Of a stretch of 53,359 nucleotides of DNA, positions 34,305-44,190 are shown piece by piece. The DNA is from Candidatus Wildermuthbacteria bacterium RIFCSPHIGHO2_01_FULL_48_27b. Its GTDB lineage: Bacteria > Patescibacteriota > Minisyncoccia > Minisyncoccales > UBA10102. Position 1 is the stretch's first letter. The number at the start of each line of letters is the position of its first letter. Location: the NCBI GenBank assembly GCA_001824915.1, contig MHTS01000027.1, positions 1-53,359 on the forward strand. The letters run 5' to 3'. The notes under the pieces are model-generated. The model was not told where the DNA came from. It worked only from the letters and a program-made list of their open reading frames with translations, and ran no database searches. Both the position numbers and the translations under genes were made by a program.

Positions 34305-34796
34305 TTACTTATCCAAGACCCGCTCCTTTGGAATCACCCTCTGGATATTCCAAAGCTCCCATGAGTGGACCGCACCAGCCAACATGACTTTCGCATACTC
34401 CCTTGCCCCGCCCTCGCTTGTAAAGAAAAGCGGGTGGAGGCCCAGGCGAGGAGACACAGCAATTGGCCCCGTAGCTATGATAATCCAATTCCTCTTGGGC
34501 TGATGCGAGAGAATTCGCAACATCAAGAAAAGCCGCAACGCAATCTCTTCATCATCAACAGAAGTTCCTTCATACTCCTTCCACCGAGCAGATACTCGAG
34601 CAGCCGATGGCTCCGAATCCACTGCTACAAATCGGTCCCCATACTCATCCCAGAGCTTTGTTGCAGACAATCGCGCACAATCCGCGCATGTCATTCCATT
34701 CTTGAACACCGTGAACTGCAGTCCTGCGTGAAGAAAGGACATCTCACAAGGCTTCCCTGCCCTCCCAACCTTGCACCTTCCGCATGTTATAGTCAT
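34305..34796 (-). CDS. GC-rich hypothetical protein with N-terminal Cys-rich (zinc-ribbon-like) segment
   Basis: ATG 34796 is preceded by GGAGGGCAGG. The protein starts MTITCGRCKVGRAGKPCE...CADCARL. Its own TTGACT-16-TATAAG promoter lies directly after the argS stop. Confidence 0.55.
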   Translation of the reverse strand: MTITCGRCKVGRAGKPCEMSFLHAGLQFTVFKNGMTCADCARLSATKLWDEYGDRFVAVDSEPSAARVSARWKEYEGTSVDDEEIALRLFLMLRILSHQPKRNWIIIATGPIAVSPRLGLHPLFFTSEGGAREYAKVMLAGAVHSWELWNIQRVIPKERVLDK

Positions 34797-34862
34797 CCTG
34801 CCCTCCACAAACAGATTTCCTACTCGTAACCCATCTTATAATTTATCCTGCGCGAAAGTCAA

Positions 34863-36602
34863 TTACATCTTCCCTGGAGCTTTGATGCCCAAAAGATTGA
34901 GAGAGTTTTTGATGACTTGTGCTGTGGCAAAAGTGAGCAGAAGGCGAAACTGCTTTTGCTCTTCGGTTTCTGCCTGCAATACAGAATAAGTACTATAAAA
35001 ATGGTTGTAGCGCTGGGCCAGCTCAAATACAAAATTGCAAATCAAATTCGGAGAGAACTTTTCCGCGGCTTCTGTTACAACTTCAGGAAATCTATACAAC
35101 CACCTCAAAACAGCAAGCTCCTCTTTCGCTAGCTCCGCTGAATTTCGAATTTCGAATTTCGTCCGCCAGCTGGCGGATCGAATTTTCTGCGCTTTGCGCA
35201 GAATGCTCTTGCATCGTGCGTATGTATATTGAAGGTAAGGGCCAGAATCTCCCTCCAGACTCAACGATTTCTCAAAGTCGAAGATTAAGTCTTTACCAAT
35301 ACCCACCCGCAAGAACGCGTACTTTATCGCTCCTACCGTTACCATTTCCAGAATTTTTCCTTTTTCTTTGTCCGTTATCTCACTGCCAGAACTTTCAGCG
35401 ATTACCCGAGCTCTCTTTTTTACTTCTTCCAGCAATTCTTCTGCCGTAATTACATTTCCCGTCCTGCTCGACATTTTCCCTTCTGGAAGACGTACCATGC
35501 CGTGCCCGATATGTTTTGTTTTTCCTGCTAATTCGAGATTTATTTGCTTCAAAGCGGCAAGAAGAACCTTGAAATAATCGCTTACCTCGTTTCCCGTGAT
35601 AACAACTGAAAGGTCATACCGGAAATCCTTATATTTCGTAGGAGCCAATCCTAGTTCTTTTGCTTCGTAGGTAGGGAGCCCTTGCGAATTAATAAATACG
35701 CGATTGTGCAGCCCATATTTTTCTCCGGGGAAAATAATCGCGCCTTCGCTTTCTTCAAATACTCCTTTTTTGAGGTTTTCTTGCACAAGCTTTACGCCAA
35801 CTTTTCCAACCTCGCTTTCAAAATAGTAAAAATCGAATTTCGTGCCAAGACGCTTGTAGATAGCCTCAAAATACTCGAGGCTCCATTTCCTTCCTATCTT
35901 ATACAACTTATTGATCTCTTTATCTGAACCCTCATATACAGCCTTGTTGATCCTTTGCAGCTCTTCTTTCCCCTTGTCCTCTCCGGCAACTCCAGCCGCA
36001 TAGCATATTCCCAGCCAACGAGCTTTAGCCGACAAAGAGTCGCTCCCCTTTGGCATCTTGTGGCTCAACTGCTTCATTCCCCAAATTGCTTTTGCCACAT
36101 GCATGCCAACGTCTCCCTGATAGTTTGCTCTTTTTGCGTTTGCTCCATTTGCCTGCAACATTCTTGAGAGCGATTCTCCAACGGTATTCGTATAGAGATG
36201 CCCGATATGAAACTCTTTGAAAGGATTTGGATCGGTAAATTCAAGCATTACTTTCTTCCCTTTCAGTGATGCACTTTTGCCAAAATCATCTCCTTCTTTA
36301 AAAACTCGAGCCAATTCTGAAAGCAGGTAGCTTTTCGATATATAGAGATTGATAAAGCCGGGGCCGGCAACCTCGACACGATCAAGGATTGCTGATTGTT
36401 GTTTGCTGATTGCTGAAACGATTAACTCAGATACCTCGCGGGGATTTCTGGCAAGCTGTTTTGCCAATTGCAAAGCAACAGGCGTCGCATAATCCCCATG
36501 ATCTTCCTTCTCCGGATGCTCCAAAGAGATTTTTTCCCGAGCCTCAAAGCCAGCATCTCTAAGCGCCTTTTGAATTATCTTTTCTAACTCTTCTCGTACC
36601 AT
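34863..36602 (-). CDS. argS: arginine--tRNA ligase
   Basis: FHIGHLYTNTVGESL (HIGH), typical ArgRS domains and a C-terminal ...APGKM. 579 aa. Confidence 0.92.
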   Translation of the reverse strand: MVREELEKIIQKALRDAGFEAREKISLEHPEKEDHGDYATPVALQLAKQLARNPREVSELIVSAISKQQSAILDRVEVAGPGFINLYISKSYLLSELARVFKEGDDFGKSASLKGKKVMLEFTDPNPFKEFHIGHLYTNTVGESLSRMLQANGANAKRANYQGDVGMHVAKAIWGMKQLSHKMPKGSDSLSAKARWLGICYAAGVAGEDKGKEELQRINKAVYEGSDKEINKLYKIGRKWSLEYFEAIYKRLGTKFDFYYFESEVGKVGVKLVQENLKKGVFEESEGAIIFPGEKYGLHNRVFINSQGLPTYEAKELGLAPTKYKDFRYDLSVVITGNEVSDYFKVLLAALKQINLELAGKTKHIGHGMVRLPEGKMSSRTGNVITAEELLEEVKKRARVIAESSGSEITDKEKGKILEMVTVGAIKYAFLRVGIGKDLIFDFEKSLSLEGDSGPYLQYTYARCKSILRKAQKIRSASWRTKFEIRNSAELAKEELAVLRWLYRFPEVVTEAAEKFSPNLICNFVFELAQRYNHFYSTYSVLQAETEEQKQFRLLLTFATAQVIKNSLNLLGIKAPGKM

Positions 36603-36642
36603 ACCCTTTTCAGTTTAACCTATTTTAGCTTAGAATGGAAAA

Positions 36643-37089
36643 ATGGCGGTATATGCGGAAAATAGGAAAGCGCATTTTAACTACGAAATCTTGGAAACAT
36701 TCAAGGCGGGATTAGTATTGCAGGGACAGGAGGTAAAATCGATAAAATCGGGGAGAATTCAGATTGCGGGATCATACGTGGTTACCCGCGGAGAAGAGCT
36801 GTTCCTGCGCGGGGCAACCATTTCTCCTTATCAGCCCGCGAACGCCCCCGCGGGCTACAATCCAGAGCGCGATAGAAAACTCCTGTTACACAAAGAGGAA
36901 ATCCGATATATTCTTGGAAAATCCAAAGAAAGAGGCTTGACTTTAGTGCCCTTAAAGGTGTATAATGACAAACGCAATCTCAAACTTGAGTTTGGCTTAG
37001 CTCGAGGGAAAAAGACGAGAGACAAAAGAGAAGATATCAGAAAACGGGAAGCCAAACGCGAGATTGAACGCGCCTTAAAATACGAGTGA
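36643..37089 (+). CDS. smpB: SsrA-binding protein
   Basis: NRKAHFNYEILETFKAGLVLQGQEVKSIK... 148 aa. tmRNA lies immediately downstream. Confidence 0.92.
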   Translation: MAVYAENRKAHFNYEILETFKAGLVLQGQEVKSIKSGRIQIAGSYVVTRGEELFLRGATISPYQPANAPAGYNPERDRKLLLHKEEIRYILGKSKERGLTLVPLKVYNDKRNLKLEFGLARGKKTRDKREDIRKREAKREIERALKYE

Positions 37090-37093
37090 ATAT

Positions 37094-37466
37094 GGGGATG
37101 TCCAGCTTTGACAGCGAGCCAAAGCAATTCTCGCGATGGGAGTACGGCCTCCTTAAAACCGAGGCAATACAACTGCCAACATTTTTAAGCCGGCACAACC
37201 GGCTCTTGCCTACGCATAACTAGTCCGCCAACCGGCGGACGAATCGCAGGCCATTCGCTCTTTGACTCTCGATAAAAGAAGCGGGTGTCAACCATCGAGA
37301 TAGATAGCTTTTTCGAAGGTCCGGGAGCTATTGATTTTTAAGGACCATCAAAGAGAAAGTGGGTTCGTCCAGTTCTTGCACTCTCTCTTTCAAAAAACTG
37401 GACTATCATCGTAGATAGAATTTCCTCGTCTCGCTGGACGCGGGTTCGACCCCGCCATCTCCACCA
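37094..37466 (+). ncRNA. ssrA: transfer-messenger RNA (tmRNA)
   Basis: 5' GGGGATGTCCAGCTTTGACAGCGAGCC and 3' GGACGCGGGTTCGACCCCGCCATCTCCACCA, with the G3:U70 alanine identity pair. A putative tag frame GCA CAA CCG GCT CTT GCC TAC GCA TAA (..AQPALAYA-stop) lies at 37193-37219. Confidence 0.9.
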
Positions 37467-37504
37467 CTTCGCTAAAGCTACGCGGTGCACGCACCAAAAA
37501 TACT

Positions 37505-38014
37505 TTGCAGAAACGCATTTACATAAACAACCAGATACGGGCTACCGAAGTAAGGCTCATTGACGAAACCGGAAAGCAACTGGGAGTCTTACCCCTTGCA
37601 GAGGCGCTCAACCTTGCCAAAGAACGAGGTTTTGACTTAATCCAGGTAACCGAACGGCTGGAACCTCCAGTATGCAAGCTCGGTGATTATGGGAAATACC
37701 TCTATCAGCAGGAGAAGAAAGCGAAAGAAACAAAAAAACAGGATAGCGGTGAGCTAAAGGAAATTCGGCTCACCTTTACCATCTCAAGCCACGACTTGGA
37801 AACGAGAGCAAAACAAGCAGAAAAGTTTTTGCAAAAAGGAAACCGTGTTCGCATTACGCTTCGCCTCCGAGGCCGCCAAAACGCCCTTGAAGGATACGCG
37901 AAAGAAAAAATAGAAAAGTTTATGGAGGCGCTCGCCGCTCGAATTTCCGTCAAGAAAGAAAGGGAGTTAAAAAAAGAACCGCGCGGGCTATCCATCATTG
38001 TAGTTAAAAGTTAG
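37505..38014 (+). CDS. infC: translation initiation factor IF-3
   Basis: INNQIRATEVRLIDETGKQLGV... Non-ATG start as usual for infC. Followed by rpmI-rplT. Confidence 0.9.
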   Translation: MQKRIYINNQIRATEVRLIDETGKQLGVLPLAEALNLAKERGFDLIQVTERLEPPVCKLGDYGKYLYQQEKKAKETKKQDSGELKEIRLTFTISSHDLETRAKQAEKFLQKGNRVRITLRLRGRQNALEGYAKEKIEKFMEALAARISVKKERELKKEPRGLSIIVVKS

Positions 38015-38035
38015 ACAGCTTGGAGATAAGAAAAC

Positions 38036-38230
38036 ATGGCAAAGCAAAAAACAAGAAAAGCAATCACGAAACGATTTAAGATAACCCGCACCGGGAAGAT
38101 TTTACGCAGGCCAACCGGACAAGACCACTATCTTGCCAAACGTTCGTCCAAAAAACGCAGGCAACTAAGAAAATGGATTGAGCTATCAAAACCGGAAGCT
38201 AAAGCAATAAAACGACTGTTAAACAGTTAG
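38036..38230 (+). CDS. rpmI: 50S ribosomal protein L35
   Basis: MAKQKTRKAITKRFKITRTGKILRR. 64 aa. Confidence 0.9.
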   Translation: MAKQKTRKAITKRFKITRTGKILRRPTGQDHYLAKRSSKKRRQLRKWIELSKPEAKAIKRLLNS

Positions 38231-38242
38231 CATTCCATTACT

Positions 38243-38602
38243 ATGGCTCGAGTCAAACGAGGAACCATTTCCCATAAGCGAAGAAAAAAAGTCTTGGCAA
38301 AAGCCAAGGGCTTTCGCTGGGGAAGAAAATCAAAATACCGCCTCGCGAAAGATGCCCTGCGCCACGCTGGGGAATACGCGTACCGCGACCGCAAAACAAA
38401 AAAGCGGCTATTTCGACAGGACTGGCAAAGGACATTGAGCGGCGCCCTGGAATCTCAAGGCCTCAATTACAGCAGATTTATTGCTCTGCTCAAAAAAAAT
38501 AACATATCGCTCGACCGCAAAATTTTGGCTCAGCTTGTCAAAGACTATCCTCAAACATTCCAGCAACTCGTGGAAAAAGTTACAGAGCGCCCTCTTTCTT
38601 AA
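38243..38602 (+). CDS. rplT: 50S ribosomal protein L20
   Basis: MARVKRGTISHKRRKKVLAKAKGFRWGR... 119 aa. Confidence 0.92.
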   Translation: MARVKRGTISHKRRKKVLAKAKGFRWGRKSKYRLAKDALRHAGEYAYRDRKTKKRLFRQDWQRTLSGALESQGLNYSRFIALLKKNNISLDRKILAQLVKDYPQTFQQLVEKVTERPLS

Positions 38603-38861
38603 GGAGACTTCTCTTTTTTTGTGTCCCGAAGCGATACCCTCCGATCTTGCCGTCGGCCCTCACGACACGATGGCAGGGAATTGTTTTCAAATCGGGATTT
38701 TTATTGAGCGCGTTGCCCACCGCGCGGAACGCCTTTGGGTGCCCAATTATCTCTGCAATTTCTTTATAGGTCCGGATATCGCCTCTTGGAATTTTCCTTA
38801 CAGCGTCATACACCTTTTGCTGAAAGGAAGTGATGCGCCTTTTCGAGGACTTGCTTTGCAT
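38580..38861 (-). CDS. MGMT-family (methylated-DNA--protein-cysteine methyltransferase DNA-binding domain) protein
   Basis: FQQKVYDAVRKIPRGDIRTYKEIAEIIGHPKAFRAVGNALNKNPDLKTIPCHRVV (PCHR motif). The start was chosen at MQSKSS. The track ORF extends to 38924 and overlaps the NUDIX gene. Confidence 0.75.
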   Translation of the reverse strand: MQSKSSKRRITSFQQKVYDAVRKIPRGDIRTYKEIAEIIGHPKAFRAVGNALNKNPDLKTIPCHRVVRADGKIGGYRFGTQKKRSLLKKEGAL

Positions 38862-39246
38862 TTTGGTAAGTAAGTTTCTCTTTGGCCTGCTCATAGGGAA
38901 GCCACTGGAAACCCACATGTTCATGGGAAATCGTTACCTTTTTTTGTTTTGTCTGCGCCAGATAAAAAGCAACGGTTTTTGCAATTTTCTGCCCTCCAAA
39001 CTGAAACCAATAGCGGATCCCTTCCCGAAAACCATCAAATAGCTTAATATCTTTCAGTCCGGTTTCTTCTCGTACTTCGCGAAAAACCGTATCTTTTTCT
39101 TCTTCTCCTTTTTCAATATGCCCTTTTGCCAAATCCCAATATTCCCTCTTTGCTTTTTTGGAAGAGGGATAATGAAGAAGGAGATACACTGGTTCCCCCT
39201 TTTCGATACGGAATATAATAGCTCCGGCTGATTTTTCTTTAGGCAT
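38806..39246 (-). CDS. NUDIX hydrolase
   Basis: Nudix box GHIEKGEEEKDTVFREVREETGL. 146 aa. Confidence 0.85.
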   Translation of the reverse strand: MPKEKSAGAIIFRIEKGEPVYLLLHYPSSKKAKREYWDLAKGHIEKGEEEKDTVFREVREETGLKDIKLFDGFREGIRYWFQFGGQKIAKTVAFYLAQTKQKKVTISHEHVGFQWLPYEQAKEKLTYQNAKQVLEKAHHFLSAKGV

Positions 39247-39247
39247 A

Positions 39248-41044
39248 CTATTTGAGCAAAGAGAGCATTTCTTTTAGGGGATAGCTGTTAATAATATCTT
39301 GCTGCTCTGCCCAGCCCCGACGCGCTTGGGCAACCCCATACCTCAAGTATCCAAGATGCGATATGGAGTGCGCATCAGAATCAATGGCCATTTTACAGCC
39401 GGCTTCCACGGCTCTTTTTATGTTGCTGTCTGCGAGATCCAAGCGCTCCGGAAACGCGTTAATCTCCAGGATAGTTCCCGTTTTCTTTGCCGTCGCAATA
39501 ATCTCGTCCATATCCACTTGATATGCCTCTCTCTTGGCGATAAGCCGCCCCGTCGGGTGAAACAAGATATCGGCATGAGGGTTACCCATTGCTTTTACGA
39601 TTCTTGCGGTCATATCTTTCTTGGGCATTTTGAAATTTGAGTGTACGGAAATCCCCACCACATCAAGCTTCGCAAGAACTTCATCTGTAATATCGAGTGT
39701 ACCATCTTTTCTGATGTTTACTTCTGCCCCTTTCAAAACTCGAAACTTTTCGCCTTGCGCTTTGAACTTTTCATTTATCTTATCGATTTCGCGCATTTGT
39801 GAAAGCAGTTTTTTTTCATCCATCCCGCCGGTCATTGCAAGGTCTCGCGTATGATCTGTTATGGCTATGTACTCTAACCCCTGTTTTTTCGCTTCTCTTG
39901 CCATTGCTTCAATAGAATCTTTTCCATCAGTCCAATCGGTTTGAACCTGCAAATCCCCTTTCAAAGAACCATAGGGTATGACTTTGGGAAGCCCGGGGAG
40001 TTTACCCTGAGCTTGTCGAAGGGCAGCGTCGATCTCCCCGTGATCCTCACGGAGTTCAGGTTCAATATAGTTCATGCCCAAAGCCCTGTACACGTCTTCT
40101 TCCGTGGCGCAGGCAATTCTTCGACTTCGCTCAGAATTGTCCTGAGATTGTTGAAGGACAATGCGCCTTTTCCCCCGGAACAGCCCGTATTCTGAAAGCT
40201 TATACCCTTTACTTGCCGCATACGTCCGAAGCCGCACATTGTGCTCTTTGGAACCCGTGAAATATTGCAGTCCTGCGCCAAATACTTCTTCCGGGAGAAC
40301 ACGCATGTCAATATCGAACCCTTCTCGTGTGCGCACGGAAACTTTTGTTGCCCCCTTCCCCCAAATTTTTTCATACGAAACTACGGAAAGAAAATATCCT
40401 ATAGCTTTCTCCGGCTTTTCGCTCGTTATCAAGATATCCACGTCTCCAACGGTTTCCTTCATCCGCCGTATCGATCCTGCCGCAATCGCGCGCGTAACAA
40501 ATGGCGAGCCTTCGAGCTTGCCCAGCAAAACTTCCACGTACGGGAAAATAGTGCCAAGCAACCATCGGCCCTTGGAGCGTTTTACAAACTCAATTCCCTG
40601 GAGAATATTTTGCTCCGTTCTCTCACCAAAATTGGGGAGCTTTCTCACCTTGCCGGCTTTGGCAGCCTTTTCTAGATCGGCTATCGTTTTTATTTTCAGG
40701 TGCTTATACAAATCCCGCACCATTTTGGGGCCTACCCCCTCAATACGCGTGAGTTCTTTAATATCAATTGGAATTTTCTTTCGCAGTTTTTCGTATTCTC
40801 CTATAGCTCCTGTTTTGATATATTCCTCAATTTTTTCTGCCATTCCCTTTCCCACACCAGAAATCTTGTCTAACCCCTTGACGCCTTCTCTTTCGTAAAT
40901 ATCCTCAACTCTTTCTTGAAGCGTTTCCAGCACGCCTGCGGCCCGCTCATATGCTTGCGGTTTAAAGGGCACATCCTCAATTTCCAGATACAAAGCAATG
41001 GTTGAAAATAGTGATGCCAACTCTTTATTGCTCATAGTACCCAT
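39248..41044 (-). CDS. polX: family X DNA polymerase with C-terminal PHP domain
   Basis: N-terminal HhH/pol-beta-like region (ISGVGKGMAEKI, IEGVGPKMVRDL, GSIRRMKETVGDVDIL) and a C-terminal PHP domain (QVQTDWTDG..., ITDHT, SDAHS). Confidence 0.88.
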   Translation of the reverse strand: MGTMSNKELASLFSTIALYLEIEDVPFKPQAYERAAGVLETLQERVEDIYEREGVKGLDKISGVGKGMAEKIEEYIKTGAIGEYEKLRKKIPIDIKELTRIEGVGPKMVRDLYKHLKIKTIADLEKAAKAGKVRKLPNFGERTEQNILQGIEFVKRSKGRWLLGTIFPYVEVLLGKLEGSPFVTRAIAAGSIRRMKETVGDVDILITSEKPEKAIGYFLSVVSYEKIWGKGATKVSVRTREGFDIDMRVLPEEVFGAGLQYFTGSKEHNVRLRTYAASKGYKLSEYGLFRGKRRIVLQQSQDNSERSRRIACATEEDVYRALGMNYIEPELREDHGEIDAALRQAQGKLPGLPKVIPYGSLKGDLQVQTDWTDGKDSIEAMAREAKKQGLEYIAITDHTRDLAMTGGMDEKKLLSQMREIDKINEKFKAQGEKFRVLKGAEVNIRKDGTLDITDEVLAKLDVVGISVHSNFKMPKKDMTARIVKAMGNPHADILFHPTGRLIAKREAYQVDMDEIIATAKKTGTILEINAFPERLDLADSNIKRAVEAGCKMAIDSDAHSISHLGYLRYGVAQARRGWAEQQDIINSYPLKEMLSLLK

Positions 41045-41122
41045 CCTACAACTCCCGTTTCAACAAATAAAGGTTTTCTTATTTTGCATTTTGTTGTATA
41101 TTCCCTAAATAAAGCGCAAAAG

Positions 41123-41740
41123 ATGATATCGCATTTTCTCAAGAAAATCGCAAAGTTTTCTCCCGTTCGCTCAACGCTTTTCTTTTTTTATGGCCGGGCT
41201 GCTTCCAAAATGAGTAAAGAACTTGCCGCCTACATTGCGCCCGGGAACCATGTCTTGGATCTCGGCTGCGGCACTGGGATCATTGCGGGTACCGTAGCCA
41301 AAACGCTCAATGCATCTTTAGTGGGGACAGACGTAATAGATATCCGCCAGGTAGATATTCCCTTCGTTCTTTACGATGGGGAGAAAATTCCATTCCCCGA
41401 TAAAAGCTTCGACATAGTGTTAATTTCGTACGTTCTTCACCACGTTGAAAAGGTAGAAATTCTTCTGCAAGAGGCGCGCAGGGTTTGCCGAGGGAGAATT
41501 ATCATATATGAAGACACTCCTCAAAATCTCTTCCATCGGGCTTCCTGCTTTTTCCATGGCTTTTCTTATGGCTCTCTCTTCGGCATTAAAAAGAAATGCG
41601 CGTTCCACACAAGGGAAGAATGGCTCTCGCTATTTCAAAAGCTCCAACTCTCACTCATGCATACGCAAAAAATAAAATTCTTTAACCCCGTTCATATAAC
41701 CGCGCGAAATCTCTTCGTTCTTTCTCCTGATGTTTCATAA
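41123..41740 (+). CDS. class I SAM-dependent methyltransferase
   Basis: VLDLGCGTGIIAG and FDIVLISYVLHHV motifs. The start was chosen at ATG 41123; the track ORF starts at TTG 41084. Confidence 0.8.
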   Translation: MISHFLKKIAKFSPVRSTLFFFYGRAASKMSKELAAYIAPGNHVLDLGCGTGIIAGTVAKTLNASLVGTDVIDIRQVDIPFVLYDGEKIPFPDKSFDIVLISYVLHHVEKVEILLQEARRVCRGRIIIYEDTPQNLFHRASCFFHGFSYGSLFGIKKKCAFHTREEWLSLFQKLQLSLMHTQKIKFFNPVHITARNLFVLSPDVS

Positions 41741-42739
41741 CTCGTGCCCAAGCGCCTTGATTACCTTATTCCCCTTCTGGAGCATCAGCTTCCCAAGCAG
41801 GCGTACGCCGAAGTGGAAAAGCAGTGCCAAACCAGCAACCGCGAACAACATTTCTACGGCGCGCACTACGAGCGCGAACGCTGCCCCCGTGCCAACTCCC
41901 AAGCCCAAAGCCCCAAATGCAATTGCCTGCAAAATATCATGAGATCCTAGGGCCGCGGGAATAGGCACGAGAATCGCAAGGTAGTAAAACGCGTGTATCG
42001 TAATAGCAGGGAGAATGGCAAACCCCTTTCCAAAGAAAAAAATTATTGCCCATGCCCTTGCTATTCCCGCAATGCTCTTTCCTAGAGACAGGCAAATTCC
42101 CTGCCAGAACGCGGGGTTCCGCAGCTGGAAAAACTGAAATATCTCTTCCTCCACCTCCTGCGCTCCTCCGGTACCCTTCCAAAAGAATCGCACGATACTC
42201 TTCTTTTGAAACAAACGGATGTAAAGAAGAGCGAGGAGAAAAAGCCACCCTCCAATGGATCCGATCGCGGCAATCATTTTTGCGGAGTAGGAAATATGAT
42301 CTCCCATAACCAAAAATATAACGCCGCCCGCCAGCACTACGAAAAGATTCGAGGTAACCTCAAGGATACGGTCAATAAGCACGGAGGCCATTCCTTTGGC
42401 TAGATCAATACACTGCTGCTCTTTGAGCGACGAGGCCCGGAACAGTTCATTCCCAAAGAGAAATACGGGCGCAAAAAACCAAAGCGCGAAACCAGCAAGA
42501 TACATTTTTACCGTTTCGAACAATGGAATGTTACATCCCTGCCCTTTGAGAATAACATGCCATCGTAAAGCACCTGTGAGGATAAATACGCCGGTCAGGA
42601 GAAAAATAATGAGGGCGTTGAGAAAAGAGAGGGCCCGAAGCGGCTCCCACACCTCATTCCATCCCACACCGCCAATCAAGAAGCCAAAAAGCAAAACTCC
42701 TGCCACTAGCGTGCCCAAAATGAGAACCAATCGTTTCAT
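41735..42739 (-). CDS. flippase-like membrane protein (lysylphosphatidylglycerol synthase TM-region family, UPF0104)
   Basis: 334 aa, multi-pass, with N-terminus MKRLVLILGTLVAGVLLFGFLIGGVGW typical of this family. A TATAAT box lies 6 nt before the ATG. Confidence 0.65.
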   Translation of the reverse strand: MKRLVLILGTLVAGVLLFGFLIGGVGWNEVWEPLRALSFLNALIIFLLTGVFILTGALRWHVILKGQGCNIPLFETVKMYLAGFALWFFAPVFLFGNELFRASSLKEQQCIDLAKGMASVLIDRILEVTSNLFVVLAGGVIFLVMGDHISYSAKMIAAIGSIGGWLFLLALLYIRLFQKKSIVRFFWKGTGGAQEVEEEIFQFFQLRNPAFWQGICLSLGKSIAGIARAWAIIFFFGKGFAILPAITIHAFYYLAILVPIPAALGSHDILQAIAFGALGLGVGTGAAFALVVRAVEMLFAVAGLALLFHFGVRLLGKLMLQKGNKVIKALGHEL

Positions 42740-42817
42740 CCCGTAATTATACCAAAAGAAATAGGCGGGCGCATCAGTGATGCACTCGCCCTTACGGCAA
42801 GGAGCTTATACGCTTCC

Positions 42818-44050
42818 TTATACGCTCCTTGTAAACCGGTCCAGCCTCGGAGCAAAGAGGCGCGGAAGCTCTGCCTCTTGCCCCACAATCATCTGCGCGA
42901 GAGCATGAGCCGCCCCGGGAATTCCGGGCAGACCATGCCCGCCGAATCCGCAGATTACCCACTGGTTTCCAATCAGCGGAACGCGCCCGACAAATGGGAA
43001 TCCGTCGGGCGACTCCCACATGATCCCTGTCCATTCGTGAGAGTGGGATAGACTCTCGGGGATGCCAAACATTTGCTGGGCGTATGCTTGCAACGCCATA
43101 CTGATGGCGCTGTTCACCACGGTATCGTCTTCCTCACCTTCTTCGCGGGAAGGAGAGACCGATCGCATGCCGCCCAACAGCAGTTCTTGGCACCTTCGAA
43201 GGCCATAGACAAGGCCGTCGAAAGTACCAAAACCGATCTCTTGAGCAACCTGTTCTGGAAAAGCCACAATCTGCCCACGGATACATAAGAACCCCACCCT
43301 TAGAGCAGTGGCAGCTCCTCCCAGCAGATGTGGCCTGTTTGTGGCATGCACCACGATCTGTGCCCTCACCCTCCCCTTGCCGGTTCGGACCACGAAACCG
43401 CCGTTCTGCGGGACCACGTCATACGCATTGGTCCTCACGCGAACTTGGACGCCCAAATCTTGGGCTGCTCGCGCGAGCCCCAGCAGAAGACGCACTGGAT
43501 TCACCTGCCCGGCCTCGGGTTTGAACAACCCACCCGCAAAGCCCGAGAAGCCGAGCACTTCACATTGACGGGCATCCCACAGCTCCGGGGGGTGCCCGAT
43601 TGAAACAAGTAAGGCTTGGCGTTCCCTCAACAGACGAATCTGCTCGTCATCTGCCGCAAGGAACATGTATCCAGTTCGGCGGAAACCGCACTGGATGTTG
43701 AACCTTTCGATCACCTCTTCGAGTAGCCCCACAGAAGCATACTCGAAATCCAGAAGGGTTTTAGCCATATCTTGGCCATGTCGACGAAATATATCCTCAA
43801 TGGGTATGTTCCCTGGATTCACGTGGCCTTGGTTGCGGCCGCTCGCTCCTTCTCCAAGACCTCCCTTCTCGAGCAACATGACGTTCGTGGTGCCGAGCTC
43901 AGCGAGAAAAAGAGCCGTCATCACACCTGCCAGTCCTCCCCCCAGAACCGCAACTTGAGTTTCGGCGCCATCGATATTGTCCGAGGGAAAATCATCCCTT
44001 CGCAGTCTCCACCAAATCGGGATTTGCTGAGGAACTCCCTGGATAACCAT
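42818..44050 (-). CDS. FAD-dependent oxidoreductase (DAO/glycine-oxidase-like family), GC-rich
   Basis: VAVLGGGLAGVMTALFLAELG dinucleotide-binding motif. AGGAGGGAGAA SD before ATG 44050. A TTGATT-17-TATAAA promoter lies about 100 nt upstream. Confidence 0.85.
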   Translation of the reverse strand: MVIQGVPQQIPIWWRLRRDDFPSDNIDGAETQVAVLGGGLAGVMTALFLAELGTTNVMLLEKGGLGEGASGRNQGHVNPGNIPIEDIFRRHGQDMAKTLLDFEYASVGLLEEVIERFNIQCGFRRTGYMFLAADDEQIRLLRERQALLVSIGHPPELWDARQCEVLGFSGFAGGLFKPEAGQVNPVRLLLGLARAAQDLGVQVRVRTNAYDVVPQNGGFVVRTGKGRVRAQIVVHATNRPHLLGGAATALRVGFLCIRGQIVAFPEQVAQEIGFGTFDGLVYGLRRCQELLLGGMRSVSPSREEGEEDDTVVNSAISMALQAYAQQMFGIPESLSHSHEWTGIMWESPDGFPFVGRVPLIGNQWVICGFGGHGLPGIPGAAHALAQMIVGQEAELPRLFAPRLDRFTRSV

Positions 44051-44190
44051 TTCTCCCTCCTGCGATTGCACGCCTTACGCATGCGGTTTATTATGAACTT
44101 TGAAACTAGACATAAAAAGAGCAGTTCTCTTTTATACTCCAAAGTCTCCCAAAAATCAAGGATTAGGACTTGAACGCATACCAAAACTCT

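Noticed and set aside
30181-35165. Tandem heptamer repeats inside aaRS genes: ileS 32765-32800 (CTTGAAA-like x5), ileS 30189-30220 (AATTTTT/AATTTCG x4-5), argS 35150-35171 (GAATTTC x3).
   Set aside because: They stay in frame as written, encoding KFKVSSFKFQ, LKIKNSKLKISK and KFEIRNS in variable surface regions. They most likely reflect AT-rich low-complexity coding sequence and not contingency loci. Tract-length polymorphism in reads would be worth a look.
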